The position numbers and the translations under genes are program-made. Below the pieces are notes generated by a model. The model did no database searches. It was not told where the DNA came from and saw only the letters and a list, made by a program, of their open reading frames with translations. Below, one piece after another: positions 37,715-48,091 of a stretch of 50,568 bases of DNA (position 1 is the first letter of the stretch; each line of letters begins with the position of its first letter). The DNA comes from Planctomycetota bacterium (GTDB taxonomy: Bacteria; Planctomycetota; Planctomycetia; Pirellulales; UBA1268), in contig JBAXUW010000004.1 of assembly GCA_037129495.1 (NCBI GenBank), positions 1 to 50,568 of the forward strand. The letters run 5' to 3'.

Positions 37715-39322
37715 TTACGAACTACACGAGAGCATGGAGCAGCCGGCGCGGTGGCGGGCCCACTCGGGCCGCTTGCCCGCAAACTGTTCGCGACCGGGTT
37801 GCTCGGTATAGGGCTGCCGAAAGACATCAAGCAGTTCTCTCACCAGGGAATAATCACCGGTCTCTGCCTTGTCGATCGCCAGCTGTGCAAGATAGTTGCG
37901 GGGCACGTAGAGCGGATTGACCGCCTGCATGCGTGTCTGCCGAACGCTGTCTGGCCTGGCCTCCTGGCTGATGCGGGTCTGGTAGCGACCCAGCCACTCG
38001 CCAAGCAACGCCCGGCTGGCCGTCGCTGCCGCATCGGCTTCGTAGAAACTCTCAGCGATGGCGGCCAGCAGGATTGCGGGGTCTGCGGCTCCATCAGCTC
38101 TGCCTGGGATCATCGCCAGACCCCGGAAGAAGAGCGTCATATCGATCTCGGCTGCGGCCAAGAGCGGCCAGAGGTCTGCGACGAGCGGATCATCGACGCC
38201 GGCTGCCTGCAGGCTGAGCCCGAGTTTATCGGCCATCATCTGCCGGTAGCCTGTTTGAAAGTGGTCGGCATAGGTGTCGAGGGCCGCCTCCAGCAGGTTC
38301 TTTTCGCCCACCAGCGGCACGAGGGCGTTTGCCAGTTGCAGCAGATTCCAGTGGGCGATCTGCGGCTGAGCGATGAAGCGGTAGCGGCGTCCCTGGGCAT
38401 CGGTCGTATTGGGTGTCCAGTCGGGGTCAACGTTTTCCAGCCAGCCATAGGGTCCGTAGTCGATGGTCAGCCCGAGGATCGACATATTATCGGTGTTCAT
38501 CACTCCATGCACGAACCCGACTCGCATCCAGTGGACGATCATCACGGCGGTGCGGCGACAGACCTCGGCGAACATTTCAGCATAGTGCTCGGGCGTGGCT
38601 GGGCCCGCAGTTGGAGCCAAGGCAGGAAAATCGGTCTGCAGCGTGAAGTCGGCGAGCTGCCGCAGCTGGACGAGCTCTTGGCGGGCTGTGAAGATCTGAA
38701 AGTTACCGAACCGAGTAAAGGACGGCGCGACGCGGCAGACAACCGCGCCCGGTTCGGCCCGCGGATGGCCGTCATAGAACATGTCGCGCATCACAGACTC
38801 GCCGGTGGCAACCAGTGACAAAGCCCGCGTGGTCGGCACGCCGAGGTGATGCATCGCCTCACTGCAGAGAAACTCGCGGACACTCGACCGCATGACGGCC
38901 AGACCGTCGGCGGTGCGGGAGTAGGGGGTGGGGCCGGCGCCCTTCAGCTGCAGCGTCCAGTGTGTGCCGCGGCTGGTTACGATCTCTCCGAGATTGATGG
39001 CCCGTCCGTCGCCGAGCTGGCCGGCCCAGTTGCCAAACTGATGGCCGCCGTAGCACATTGCAAACGGGTCCATGCCGGGCAGCAGTCGGTTGCCGCCGAA
39101 GACGTCGGCGAAGGCCTGCTCGTTGTCAGGCCTGACCTCAAGGTCGAGCAGCGCGGCCACTTCCCGGGCATGCGCCACGAGTCGGGGGGCGGCGACGGGC
39201 GTGGGAGTGACCCGCGACCAGCAGGCCTGCCGCACCTGTCGGCGGCTGTTATGCAAGTCCGAATCACCGGGCAAACCCTGAGTGAAACGGTTGGTGAAGC
39301 GGAGGGATTCGAGATGGTCCAT
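37715..39322 (-). CDS. selO: protein adenylyltransferase SelO/YdiU
   Basis: YGGHQFG...QLGDGRA, QLKGAGPTPYSR.ADG, HGVMNTDN, IDYGPYG, C-terminal SCSS. Confidence 0.95.
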   Translation of the reverse strand: MDHLESLRFTNRFTQGLPGDSDLHNSRRQVRQACWSRVTPTPVAAPRLVAHAREVAALLDLEVRPDNEQAFADVFGGNRLLPGMDPFAMCYGGHQFGNWAGQLGDGRAINLGEIVTSRGTHWTLQLKGAGPTPYSRTADGLAVMRSSVREFLCSEAMHHLGVPTTRALSLVATGESVMRDMFYDGHPRAEPGAVVCRVAPSFTRFGNFQIFTARQELVQLRQLADFTLQTDFPALAPTAGPATPEHYAEMFAEVCRRTAVMIVHWMRVGFVHGVMNTDNMSILGLTIDYGPYGWLENVDPDWTPNTTDAQGRRYRFIAQPQIAHWNLLQLANALVPLVGEKNLLEAALDTYADHFQTGYRQMMADKLGLSLQAAGVDDPLVADLWPLLAAAEIDMTLFFRGLAMIPGRADGAADPAILLAAIAESFYEADAAATASRALLGEWLGRYQTRISQEARPDSVRQTRMQAVNPLYVPRNYLAQLAIDKAETGDYSLVRELLDVFRQPYTEQPGREQFAGKRPEWARHRAGCSMLSCSS

Positions 39323-39334
39323 CGGGTTAGAAAA

Positions 39335-39817
39335 CTAGTCGTCGAAGCGGACTGCGCGGATCTCAAATTTCATCGTTCCGGCTGGGACGTCGATTGAGAC
39401 CTTCTCGCCTACTTTGCGGCCTAGCAGCCCCTGCGCGAGCGGGCTGGCAACGTTGATTCGACCGGTGTCGTAGTCTTCCTCACCGGCTCCCACGAGGACA
39501 AACACTTCTTCGTCGCCAAACTTGAGGTCCTTGACAACCACCGTCGCCCCAAACACCACTTCGTCACCCGCCTCCTTTGCCCGTTCGACGATCACCGCTC
39601 GGGCGAGCTTGTCACGGAGCACGTTGATCTTTGCCTGCGTCATTCCCTGGCTCTCACGGGCCCCGTGATACTCGGCATTTTCGCTGAGGTCTCCCTCGCT
39701 GCGGGCGGCCGCCACCCGCAGAGCGAGCTTTGGCATCTCCACATTATCAAGCTGGTCGGCCTCTGCCTTCAGCTTGTCGTAGCCAACGCGGGTCATAGGA
39801 ATGCGGTCGGAGGACAT
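39335..39817 (-). CDS. greA: transcription elongation factor GreA
   Basis: GDLSENAEYH, VVFGATV, SPLAQGLLG; GGAG RBS upstream of the ATG. Confidence 0.95.
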   Translation of the reverse strand: MSSDRIPMTRVGYDKLKAEADQLDNVEMPKLALRVAAARSEGDLSENAEYHGARESQGMTQAKINVLRDKLARAVIVERAKEAGDEVVFGATVVVKDLKFGDEEVFVLVGAGEEDYDTGRINVASPLAQGLLGRKVGEKVSIDVPAGTMKFEIRAVRFDD

Positions 39818-39947
39818 GGTGTGCTCCAAAAAAAGAAAGAGGGAAATTGAAAGTGAGAAACATGAGGCGGAAAAATACGGGAAACGATTCCGGAGATGGC
39901 GGCACTGAGCGAACCGTGCCGAGGATCAGAATGAGCGGTAAACTGCG

Positions 39948-40667
39948 TCAGCCCGACACCCGTTCGGGAAGATAGAGCAGTCGGCCGCAGCTCCGGCACA
40001 TCACCACCTTGCCCGTGAGGAGTTCGGAATACATATTCCCGGTGATCTGGCGGAAGCAACCCCCGCAGCTCTCGCCCTCAAGCGGCGCCATGCCTTCGGC
40101 GCCCTTCTGCTTGACCGCTCGATCGTAGAGGCTGCGAACGTCGTCGGGCAGTTCCCTCTCAGTGACTGCGAGCTCGACGCCAAGCCGCCGCACCTCGCTG
40201 TCGAGCTGCGTGGCCTCGGTAGCTACGCGGGCCTTGATCTCGGCGAGTGTCTGGCGGGCAGCCGCCACGGCGGCCTCAGCCGAGGGAAGCGTCTTCTTGA
40301 CCGTGTCGATCCGTTCGAGCCCCTCAAGGATCTCGTCTTCGAGCACTTTTGTGGCCATCTTGTCGGCCGCGATCTGCTCGGTGAGGAGCTGGTATTCGCG
40401 GTTCGTCTTGCAAGCGTTGAGCTTTGCACCCAAATCGTTGATTTTTGACTCGGCTGATTTCAGCTGCAGTTGCTTCTGGTCAGCTGCCATCTTGGCCTTC
40501 TTAATCTCTTCTAACACGCCGGTTTTGCCTGCCTCGACCGTCTCGACCTGTGCGGTGTGGGCCGCGATCTGCCGTGGACCGGCACTGATCCGCCCCTGTA
40601 GATCGGAGAGCTGCGTATGGATGCGGTGAAGCGTCCGCATAATCTCAATGTTGACGGCAGTGGACAT
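39948..40667 (-). CDS. coiled-coil C4 zinc-ribbon protein (DUF164/CT398-like)
   Basis: Long coiled coil, KTNREY, CGGC...CRSCGRLLY; typical position downstream of rpoD. Confidence 0.85.
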   Translation of the reverse strand: MSTAVNIEIMRTLHRIHTQLSDLQGRISAGPRQIAAHTAQVETVEAGKTGVLEEIKKAKMAADQKQLQLKSAESKINDLGAKLNACKTNREYQLLTEQIAADKMATKVLEDEILEGLERIDTVKKTLPSAEAAVAAARQTLAEIKARVATEATQLDSEVRRLGVELAVTERELPDDVRSLYDRAVKQKGAEGMAPLEGESCGGCFRQITGNMYSELLTGKVVMCRSCGRLLYLPERVSG

Positions 40668-40731
40668 GAAATAGCTTTCGGCGCTGTTCTTAGGAGTCTT
40701 CCCGCCCGCAGAGTTTACCACAACTAAGGCC

Positions 40732-40770
40732 AAAAATCAGCGGGCCAGACGCTCTTGCGCCCGGCCCGCT
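40732..40770 (-). terminator. probable intrinsic terminator downstream of rpoD
   Basis: Minus strand AGCGGGCCGGGCGC-AAGA-GCGTCTGGCCCGCT followed by GATTTTT. Confidence 0.6.
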
Positions 40771-40878
40771 CCAGATTCATCTGGCTAGAACTGTCGTACC
40801 GCGGTGACTGAACTGCCGCCAAAGTACGTCCGCCCAGCAAAAATGCTTAACAAACACGACCGCCGATCGTGTTGGCGG

Positions 40879-42651
40879 CTAGCCTGGTAACGCTTCCATA
40901 AACGTCTCCAACTGCTTGGAGCGGACCGGGTGCTGGAGTTTCTTGACAGCCTTGGCCTCGATCTGGCGAACGCGTTCCCGCGTCACGCGGAAGATCCTGC
41001 CAACCTCCTCCAGCGTGTAGGTGTAGCCGTCGGTAAGGCCATACCGCAGCCTGATGATCTCCCGTTCACGGTAGGTAAGGGTCTTGAGCAGCGACTCGAT
41101 CCGATCCTTGAGCAGGCCCTGCGTGGCCGAATGCGTGGGGCTCGTCGTGCCGATGTCCTCAACGAATTCGCAGAAGCTTGCATCCTCACTCTCACCCACG
41201 GGCCGATCCAGGCTCATCGGCTGCCGTCCCATGTCGATCACCCTGCGAGCTTCTTCAAACGGCACGCTAGCGGCCAGCGCGATCTCCTCCGTGCTTGGCT
41301 CACGGCCAAGTTCATGGAGGAGTTTCTTGGCCGTGTTCCGGAGCTTCGAAAGCACGTCGATCATATGCACAGGAATCCGGATTGTGCGGGCCTGATCGGC
41401 AATTGCCCGCGTAATCGCTTGCCGGATCCACCAGGTTGCGTAGGTTGAAAACTTAAACCCTCGGCGGTATTCGTACTTATCGACCGCCCGCATCAGACCA
41501 GTGTTTCCCTCCTGGATCAGGTCGAGGAAGCTCAGCCCGCGATTGCGGTATTTCTTTGCGATCGACACGACGAGTCGGAGATTCGCCGCGGAGAGATTCC
41601 GCTTGGCCGTTTCATACTCAGCCTTGAGACGGGCGAACATATCGACCCGACGGTGGAGCGACCGCGGACTCTCAAGTGTTGTCAGCATCAGGTCGCGAAG
41701 TTCTTTCCGCATGTCGGCCCGGTCGTCGCGGGACATCTCCCCCGCGTCCATCAGCCGCAGGTTCCGCTGGATGCTGTCCATGCGGCTCGACATACCAAGG
41801 AGCAGTTTCACCAGCGGTTGCACCCGCCGCGTTCGCAGGCTCAACTCCTCGACGAGCGTCAGCGACTTACCACGGCTGCGGCGAAACTGCAGGCGGGCGG
41901 CCCGGGCCTCTGCAGCCGTCGTCTTCTTGCTGATCAAAATCCGGAAGTTCGCCTTGTCTTGTTCGATCAAGGTTTCGAGCGTCTTGAGGTTGTGTGGCAT
42001 CCGCGCGAGGATCTGCTCTTTTGTGAGCCGCTCCGTGAGCGACACCTTGATCGTGCGGTCAAACGGCAGCTTGCCCTCGTGCACGCGGCGGAGCGTTTCT
42101 ACCGTGGCCTGCATGGAGTACGAACAGCCGAGGATCGCGCGGCGGAACCGCTTCCTGGTGACCTCGATCCGCTTCGCAAGCGAAATTTCCTCGGCCCGAG
42201 TGAGCAGCGGTATCTCCGCCATCTGCGCCAAATACATCCGGATTGGGTCGTTACCAGCATTGGACGGTGCTGTTGTGATCGCCTCATCGCGGCGGGGCTG
42301 GCCAGGCCGCGACTTGGCAGCAGGCGTTGCGGTAGGCTCGGCCTCGTCTGGCTCCGGCGGCGTGTCGACGAGTTCAATTCCCTGCTCATCAAGTGCCACC
42401 AGCAGACTGTCGATCTTTTCCGGATGGATGGCCTCGTCGGGGAGGTAATCGTTGACCTGGTCAAACGTGAGATACCCTTGCGACTTGCCCAGTGAGATCA
42501 AGGTCGACAGGTCGGCGTCGGCGTGGGCGGACGAGCCGGTCAGCGGCGCGGCTGCGGTGGCGTCGGCAGCCGGATCATGCGGGCTGTTGGCTGGAGTTTG
42601 AGTCTGGGATTGAGATTGAGTCATGGACAGAGTGCTTACGGAACGACGCAT
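40879..42651 (-). CDS. rpoD: primary RNA polymerase sigma factor
   Basis: Region 1.1 ([14 protein letters not shown]), [52 protein letters not shown]. Confidence 0.96.
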   Translation of the reverse strand: MRRSVSTLSMTQSQSQTQTPANSPHDPAADATAAAPLTGSSAHADADLSTLISLGKSQGYLTFDQVNDYLPDEAIHPEKIDSLLVALDEQGIELVDTPPEPDEAEPTATPAAKSRPGQPRRDEAITTAPSNAGNDPIRMYLAQMAEIPLLTRAEEISLAKRIEVTRKRFRRAILGCSYSMQATVETLRRVHEGKLPFDRTIKVSLTERLTKEQILARMPHNLKTLETLIEQDKANFRILISKKTTAAEARAARLQFRRSRGKSLTLVEELSLRTRRVQPLVKLLLGMSSRMDSIQRNLRLMDAGEMSRDDRADMRKELRDLMLTTLESPRSLHRRVDMFARLKAEYETAKRNLSAANLRLVVSIAKKYRNRGLSFLDLIQEGNTGLMRAVDKYEYRRGFKFSTYATWWIRQAITRAIADQARTIRIPVHMIDVLSKLRNTAKKLLHELGREPSTEEIALAASVPFEEARRVIDMGRQPMSLDRPVGESEDASFCEFVEDIGTTSPTHSATQGLLKDRIESLLKTLTYREREIIRLRYGLTDGYTYTLEEVGRIFRVTRERVRQIEAKAVKKLQHPVRSKQLETFMEALPG

Positions 42652-42756
42652 CAGTAGGTTCTCCTTCACCATAATACCGTCACCTCGCGCACCGCCCCCC
42701 GACCTGGCAGAAATAGCTTCTTGCCCAGGCCGATTGCAGCGACGAGACGGGCAACT

Positions 42757-44652
42757 TCACCCATCCTTGGGTTTGGTCATGCCCACATCGAAATCAGTCA
42801 TGCCTTGCACAGCCCGCCGTTCGGTGACAAGCTGTTCAAGAAGAGCCGCCTCCGAGCTGGGATCCAGCTGAGAGGTTTTCAAGGTTCGTGCGCTTCGATG
42901 CGCCTGCCGCTGGGCCGAGCGGCGTCGCAGAGCGTCTTCGAGATGATTGATGCGTTCTTGGGGATCGTGAGACGCCCGCGCGGCGGTTGTCTCATCGACT
43001 TCCACCATCAGGCTCTGTACGACGGGGTCGTGGATCTCAAGCAAAAGCTGCGCAAGCGCCACCTGCCGGCCGTCAGCATGCAGGCGGCGGGCAGCCTCCA
43101 GCACAGCCCGAACTTCTACAGTCTCGAGTTCCGCTGATTGCACCTCGCGAACGATGAGACCGGCGCCTTCGGGCACGCCAACGAGCACCTCAATCACTTC
43201 ACGATCCCACGCCGGGAGCTTGCGAATGATCCCCGAGGTTTGCCTGGCATCGGCTGTGTGGCCAGGATCGAAAGACGCGGCCGCTCGGCTCGCGTGCCGC
43301 GGCGTGGTGCTGCGCAGAGCGAGCATTCGCGTCCGGAGCACCTCGCGGGAGAGGCCAAACCGCCGCGACAGCCGGCCAACCACCTGATCTTCGCGGAGCC
43401 TGATCTGCGACGGGGAAAGCGCCGACTTCGGCGACACATTCGCAAGCGCCCTCAGCACACTCTCCACGGCGGTTAGGCACGCGTCGTCGCCCGCGTCGGG
43501 GGCGAGTTTGGCAACCGCCTCATCGAGTCGGTATTCGAGCGGATCACCGGCCGACTCAATCAGCGCTTCAAAGGCATCAGGGCCACGCTCGAGCACAAAC
43601 TCACACGGGTCTACGCCAGAGGGCAGCCGGGCGATCCGCACGTCGATCGGCTCGGCGAGAAGCACATCGAGAATTTCATCGGCACGGCGGCGGCCCGCGT
43701 CGTCACCGTCGAGAACGAGCACGATTCGGTCCGCGTAACGCCGGAGCAGTTTGGCATGCCGCTCACCGAGGGCTGTGCCGAGCACCGCCACGACGTCGTC
43801 GATACCGGCTTGCCTCGCGGCGAGACAATCAGTGTAGCCTTCGACGACGATCGCCCGCCGGGATGTGCTCATCGCCTCGCGGGCCGTATCGAGGCCGTAA
43901 AGCATCGAGCTTTTCGAGAAGAGCGGCGTCTCGGGGGAATTGATGTATTTCGCAGAGTCGGGCGGCGCTCCCGGCAAAACGCGGCCACCAAAGGCGACGG
44001 GCCGCGAGGAGACGTCGAGAATCGGAAACATCGCCCGGTCGCGGAAACGGTCGTAATGGCCAGACCGATCCTGCCGCTCGACCACGAGGCCCGCCTTTGC
44101 AAGATGGTCGCTGGCGATGCCAGCCGCCGAGGCCTGCCGCAGGAGCCAGTCCCACACCGGCGGCGCGTAGCCGAGTCGGAAGCGGTCGACGGTCTGCTGC
44201 GTGAGGCCCCGGGAGGTGAGATACTCGCGGGCGGCCTGCGCTTCAGGTGCAGAGCGGAGGCAGTCGCGGTAACGGTCGGCTGCCCAGGCCACTGCGGAGA
44301 GGATCGCTGCCTTTTCATCGGTCGGTAGGCCGCCGCGGCCCCGGGGCAGGTCAATGCCCGCCCGCTGGGCAAGTTGTTCGAGAGCCTCACGAAACTCGAG
44401 CCGTTCCATTCTCATTAAAAACGTAAACACGTCGCCGCCGAGGTTGCAGACCCAGCAGCGGAAGGTCTGGCGATCTGGGTTGACGTGGAAGCTGGGGCGA
44501 GAATCTTCATGCCAGGGGCAGAGGCCCACCATGGCCTTGCCCGCCCGCCGCAGGGAAAGGTAGGTCCCGATCAGGTCGACGATGTCAATCGCATCGCGCA
44601 CGCGTTCCTTAAGATCGTCATGCGAGCTTTGAGGTGCGGAGGAAGGCGTCAC
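42757..44652 (-). CDS. dnaG: DNA primase
   Basis: CPWHED..PSF, CWVC, KYINSPET, VVEGYTD, LDGDDAG TOPRIM; start estimated. Confidence 0.95.
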   Translation of the reverse strand: MTPSSAPQSSHDDLKERVRDAIDIVDLIGTYLSLRRAGKAMVGLCPWHEDSRPSFHVNPDRQTFRCWVCNLGGDVFTFLMRMERLEFREALEQLAQRAGIDLPRGRGGLPTDEKAAILSAVAWAADRYRDCLRSAPEAQAAREYLTSRGLTQQTVDRFRLGYAPPVWDWLLRQASAAGIASDHLAKAGLVVERQDRSGHYDRFRDRAMFPILDVSSRPVAFGGRVLPGAPPDSAKYINSPETPLFSKSSMLYGLDTAREAMSTSRRAIVVEGYTDCLAARQAGIDDVVAVLGTALGERHAKLLRRYADRIVLVLDGDDAGRRRADEILDVLLAEPIDVRIARLPSGVDPCEFVLERGPDAFEALIESAGDPLEYRLDEAVAKLAPDAGDDACLTAVESVLRALANVSPKSALSPSQIRLREDQVVGRLSRRFGLSREVLRTRMLALRSTTPRHASRAAASFDPGHTADARQTSGIIRKLPAWDREVIEVLVGVPEGAGLIVREVQSAELETVEVRAVLEAARRLHADGRQVALAQLLLEIHDPVVQSLMVEVDETTAARASHDPQERINHLEDALRRRSAQRQAHRSARTLKTSQLDPSSEAALLEQLVTERRAVQGMTDFDVGMTKPKDG

Positions 44653-44858
44653 GGGCGACCTAAAACCGATTACGAGACGATCGTGCCGAAAAGCAGCTCT
44701 CAATAGAAACTGCCGCCGGAATGTAGGCTTCACCAGAATACAGGTCAATCTCAGGAATTGCCTGCGTATTCACCCTGATTTGCCGTTGGCGAGCTAGGCT
44801 GTCTGCGGCCTTTTTTGAATGCAGAAGTGGGCTCCCGGGCTGATCCCGCTCGAAGCAA

Positions 44859-45335
44859 TCACTCAGAGAGGAGCCGGTCGATGCTCTGCAGAAGACGGTC
44901 CATGGCGAAAGGCTTGCGGATGTAGTCGTCAACGCCAAGCATCTCAGCGTAGGCCTTATGCCGGCTGCCTTCGTTGGCCGTGATCATGATCACTTTCATC
45001 GGCACCGGCCGGCTGCGACGCAGCTTTTCAAGCACCAAGAAGCCGCTTCGCTTCGGCATCATCATGTCGAGCACGACGAGGTCAGGATTCTCTTTTTCTG
45101 CCATCATCAGGCCTTGATTGCCGTCTCGGGCGATCAAGATCTCATAGCCCCGCGATACGAGCACTGTTCGCATCGACTCCACAATCTCGTTGTCGTCATC
45201 GACAATCAGTACCCTTTTACCGCCACTTTTTGCCGGCTGGGCCGCAGTCACGGTCGCAGGAGCAACCGCCGAAGCGGCAGTGTCTTCGGCCCCAGTGCTG
45301 GCGGCTGTCTTGCGGACCTTCTTCGGAACTGGCAT
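44859..45335 (-). CDS. single-domain response regulator
   Basis: VLIVDDD, LDMMMP, MITA, DYIRKPF. Confidence 0.9.
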   Translation of the reverse strand: MPVPKKVRKTAASTGAEDTAASAVAPATVTAAQPAKSGGKRVLIVDDDNEIVESMRTVLVSRGYEILIARDGNQGLMMAEKENPDLVVLDMMMPKRSGFLVLEKLRRSRPVPMKVIMITANEGSRHKAYAEMLGVDDYIRKPFAMDRLLQSIDRLLSE

Positions 45336-45494
45336 CGGAAACCTCGGGCCACGTGCTGGCGAGCGGAAGGGAAACAAACGAAAGGAAACTGTTCCGTAGG
45401 CCCAGGATAATAGCACGAAGCGGCCGCAGACTCCATGTTCACGCAGGAATCGCAAGAATTTTAAAGTCTTTGCCGGTGACAAAGACCAAACCAC

Positions 45495-46226
45495 TCAGCG
45501 GACAGGCTGCGGGACATCGGCTCCGTGAAGCGGTGTTTCGGGCTCTCGCGAGCCGAGGATCAATGCCGCGCCGACGAGGCCGAGCGCTGCGCCGAAGAAC
45601 ACGTCGCTGGGGTAGTGAGCGGAGCTCGCGACCCGCTGCGCACTTGCACTCACGGCGAGCAGCGCAAAGAGCCATCTGCCGCGGGGATACTTCCAAGAGA
45701 GCGCCACAGCGAGGCCGGCGGCGGTGGCGGCATGGCCAGAAGGAAAACTGTTGCGATCGCTGTGGCTGGCGATGGTCGCGGCGAGCGATTCGCCAAATGT
45801 CGACACCGCTGTCAACGCGGCCGTAAGATCAGTCGCCCGTGGCCGCACCCTGTCGAGGGGCGTGACCTTGATAATGTTTGCCATGATGCCGCCAGCAAAG
45901 GCTGTCGCGACCATCCGCACAAAGTCACGGCTCACCGGGAGAATGCCAAACCTGGGCCGGGCCAGCGACGGGTCGAGAACGGCTGCCGTCAGGAGGAGCG
46001 TGGCCACGCCAATCCCATGGCCAAACACCTCCGAGAAGTTGAAAAACCGCATCAATTCCTTCGGAGTGTGGCCCGCCTTGCACCACCGGGCGACATCGAC
46101 ATCGACAATAAGCATGAGACCGCCCAAGCAGGCCAGCGCCAGTGCGGCCGCGATGAGCCGCCGCGGCCGGCTGCTGATAAAAAGGCTAGCGGTGGTGCTG
46201 CGGCGGGACGACGCGGTGGGGATCAT
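45495..46226 (-). CDS. PAP2-family membrane phosphatase
   Basis: K...RVRP, SFPSGH, QRVASSAHYPSDV. Confidence 0.9.
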   Translation of the reverse strand: MIPTASSRRSTTASLFISSRPRRLIAAALALACLGGLMLIVDVDVARWCKAGHTPKELMRFFNFSEVFGHGIGVATLLLTAAVLDPSLARPRFGILPVSRDFVRMVATAFAGGIMANIIKVTPLDRVRPRATDLTAALTAVSTFGESLAATIASHSDRNSFPSGHAATAAGLAVALSWKYPRGRWLFALLAVSASAQRVASSAHYPSDVFFGAALGLVGAALILGSREPETPLHGADVPQPVR

Positions 46227-46270
46227 AATGAAATTGTCGCAGAAGCCTTTCGACGCTGTCTACTGATGTG

Positions 46271-47809
46271 TCAGGTCCAGAGACCGCGGTCAAGAACACG
46301 GTAATTAATCGCTTCGCTGATGTGGCCGCAGCCGATCTTCTCAGCGGCATCGAGATCGGCGATCGTGCGGGCCACGCGGAGCACCTTGTCGTGGGCGCGG
46401 GCCGAAAGCCCCAGATTGTTCACGGCCGCTCGCACGAGTTCCACGGCGGCCGGTTCGAGCGGGCAGAGCTCGCGAATAAGCCGGCTACTCATGCGCGCGT
46501 TGCAGCGAATCGGCAGGCCGGCAAACCGCTCCGCCTGCCGCAGTCGGGCGGCCATTACGGCCTCCCGCATCTGGCTGCTCGACGTGCCGGCCCGGCTGCC
46601 CGAGAGATCGCGAAATGGCACGGATGGCACTTCCAGATGGATGTCGATCCGGTCGAGAAGCGGCCCGGAAATCTTCCCCATGTATTTTTCAACCTGAGGC
46701 GATGTGCACTGGCACTCCCGCCTTGGATCGCCGCGGTAGCCGCACGGACAGGGATTGAATGCCGCCACCAGCATGAAGTCGGCCGGAAACCGGCTACTCC
46801 CCTTCACCCGGCTGATCGCCACGTAGCCGTCTTCTAGTGGCTGCCGCAAAACCTCCAGCGTTCGCCGGTTAAATTCTGGTAATTCATCAAGAAAAAGGAC
46901 TCCGTTGTGGGCGAGTGAAATCTCCCCTGGCATCGGAATGGAGCGGCCGCCGATCAGACCGGCCTCAGAGATCGTGTGGTGCGGGGCGCGGAAGGGCCGG
47001 GTAGCTAGCAGCGGCTGGCCTGCCGAGAGCAGCCCCAGGGCGCTGTAGATCTGCGTTGTCTCAATCGATTCGGGGGCCGAGAGCGGCGGTAGGATCGTGG
47101 GAATTCGCTTGGCGAGCATTGTCTTGCCGCCCCCCGGTGGGCCGACCATCGCGACATTGTGACCCCCGGCCGCGGCGACACAGATGGCGCGCTTGGCCGC
47201 TTCTTGGCCGCGGACATCGGCGAAGTCGACGTCATAAGCCGCGAAGCGTTCAAACCATTCCATGACGCGGGGCGGACACCGCGGGATATCAAGGTCGCCG
47301 GAGAAAAACTGAACGGCCTCAATCAGCGACGCGACCGGAATGACTTCGATGCCCTCCACCACCGCCGCCTCAGAAGCGCTTGCCGACGGCACGACAATGC
47401 CCCGCAACTTTTTCTGCCGCGCGGCAGCGATCGCCACAGAGAGGGCGCCCCGCGCCGGGCGAGTCGAGCCTTCCAGCGACAGCTCGCCGACGACCGCATA
47501 CTCCTCGAATCGCTGGGCGGAAAACTGCCCGCTCCCCGCGAGGATGCCGAGCGTGATCGGCAGGTCAAACGTTGCCGCCTGCTTGGGCATCTCGGCCGGG
47601 GCGAGGTTGATCACGATCCGATCGTTGGGCCGGTTGAAACCGGAGTTGACCATCGCCCGGGCCACGCGATGCGTGCTCTCGCGGATTGCCGCATCGGGGA
47701 GGCCGACGAGCACGGTCGAGGGCAGGGCACCGGTGGAGACATCTACCTCCACGTCCACTGGCAAAGCCTCGATCCCAAAGAGCGAAAAGGTCTGAATACG
47801 GGCAAGCAT
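46271..47809 (-). CDS. comM: YifB/ComM Mg-chelatase-like AAA+ ATPase
   Basis: VGLPDAAIRES, NLAPA, GPPGGGKTML, PFRAPHH, LAHNGVLFLDELPEF, SGPLLDRID. Confidence 0.93.
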   Translation of the reverse strand: MLARIQTFSLFGIEALPVDVEVDVSTGALPSTVLVGLPDAAIRESTHRVARAMVNSGFNRPNDRIVINLAPAEMPKQAATFDLPITLGILAGSGQFSAQRFEEYAVVGELSLEGSTRPARGALSVAIAAARQKKLRGIVVPSASASEAAVVEGIEVIPVASLIEAVQFFSGDLDIPRCPPRVMEWFERFAAYDVDFADVRGQEAAKRAICVAAAGGHNVAMVGPPGGGKTMLAKRIPTILPPLSAPESIETTQIYSALGLLSAGQPLLATRPFRAPHHTISEAGLIGGRSIPMPGEISLAHNGVLFLDELPEFNRRTLEVLRQPLEDGYVAISRVKGSSRFPADFMLVAAFNPCPCGYRGDPRRECQCTSPQVEKYMGKISGPLLDRIDIHLEVPSVPFRDLSGSRAGTSSSQMREAVMAARLRQAERFAGLPIRCNARMSSRLIRELCPLEPAAVELVRAAVNNLGLSARAHDKVLRVARTIADLDAAEKIGCGHISEAINYRVLDRGLWT

Positions 47810-47908
47810 GGTGACACTCCGGCAGGACGTGAAAGCTCAGTCCGGTAGGCCACGCCCGCCGAGGCTAGAAATAGTATACGCAAGTACACCTCCGCATGCA
47901 AGGCCGTG

Positions 47909-47974
47909 CCCCCGTGAAGGCGAGTTTTCCAAATTGCCGAATGCAAAGCGTACAAATTGAAAATCTTATCCCAC
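47909..47974. repeat. REP-like paired repeat (B + inverted A), diverged
   Basis: CCCCCGTGAAGGCGAGTTTTCCAAATTGCC...TACAAATTGAAAATCTTATCCCAC. Confidence 0.65.
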
Positions 47975-48091
47975 GAGAATCAAGACTGACTCTCATGCTG
48001 GGCTGAGCGAGCGGCCAGAAAAAAGGTACAACGATAACTCGTCATCACTAGGAGCAAATGCATGGCTGCCACGCAGGTCGACTGCCGTCAA

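Noticed and set aside
37715-37745. SelO as a selenoprotein
   Set aside because: Ends CSMLSCSS-TAA with Cys, the ordinary bacterial form
39830-39947. rnpB RNA, often found after the zinc-ribbon gene
   Set aside because: The intergenic space is too short and lacks the GAGGAAAGTCC signature
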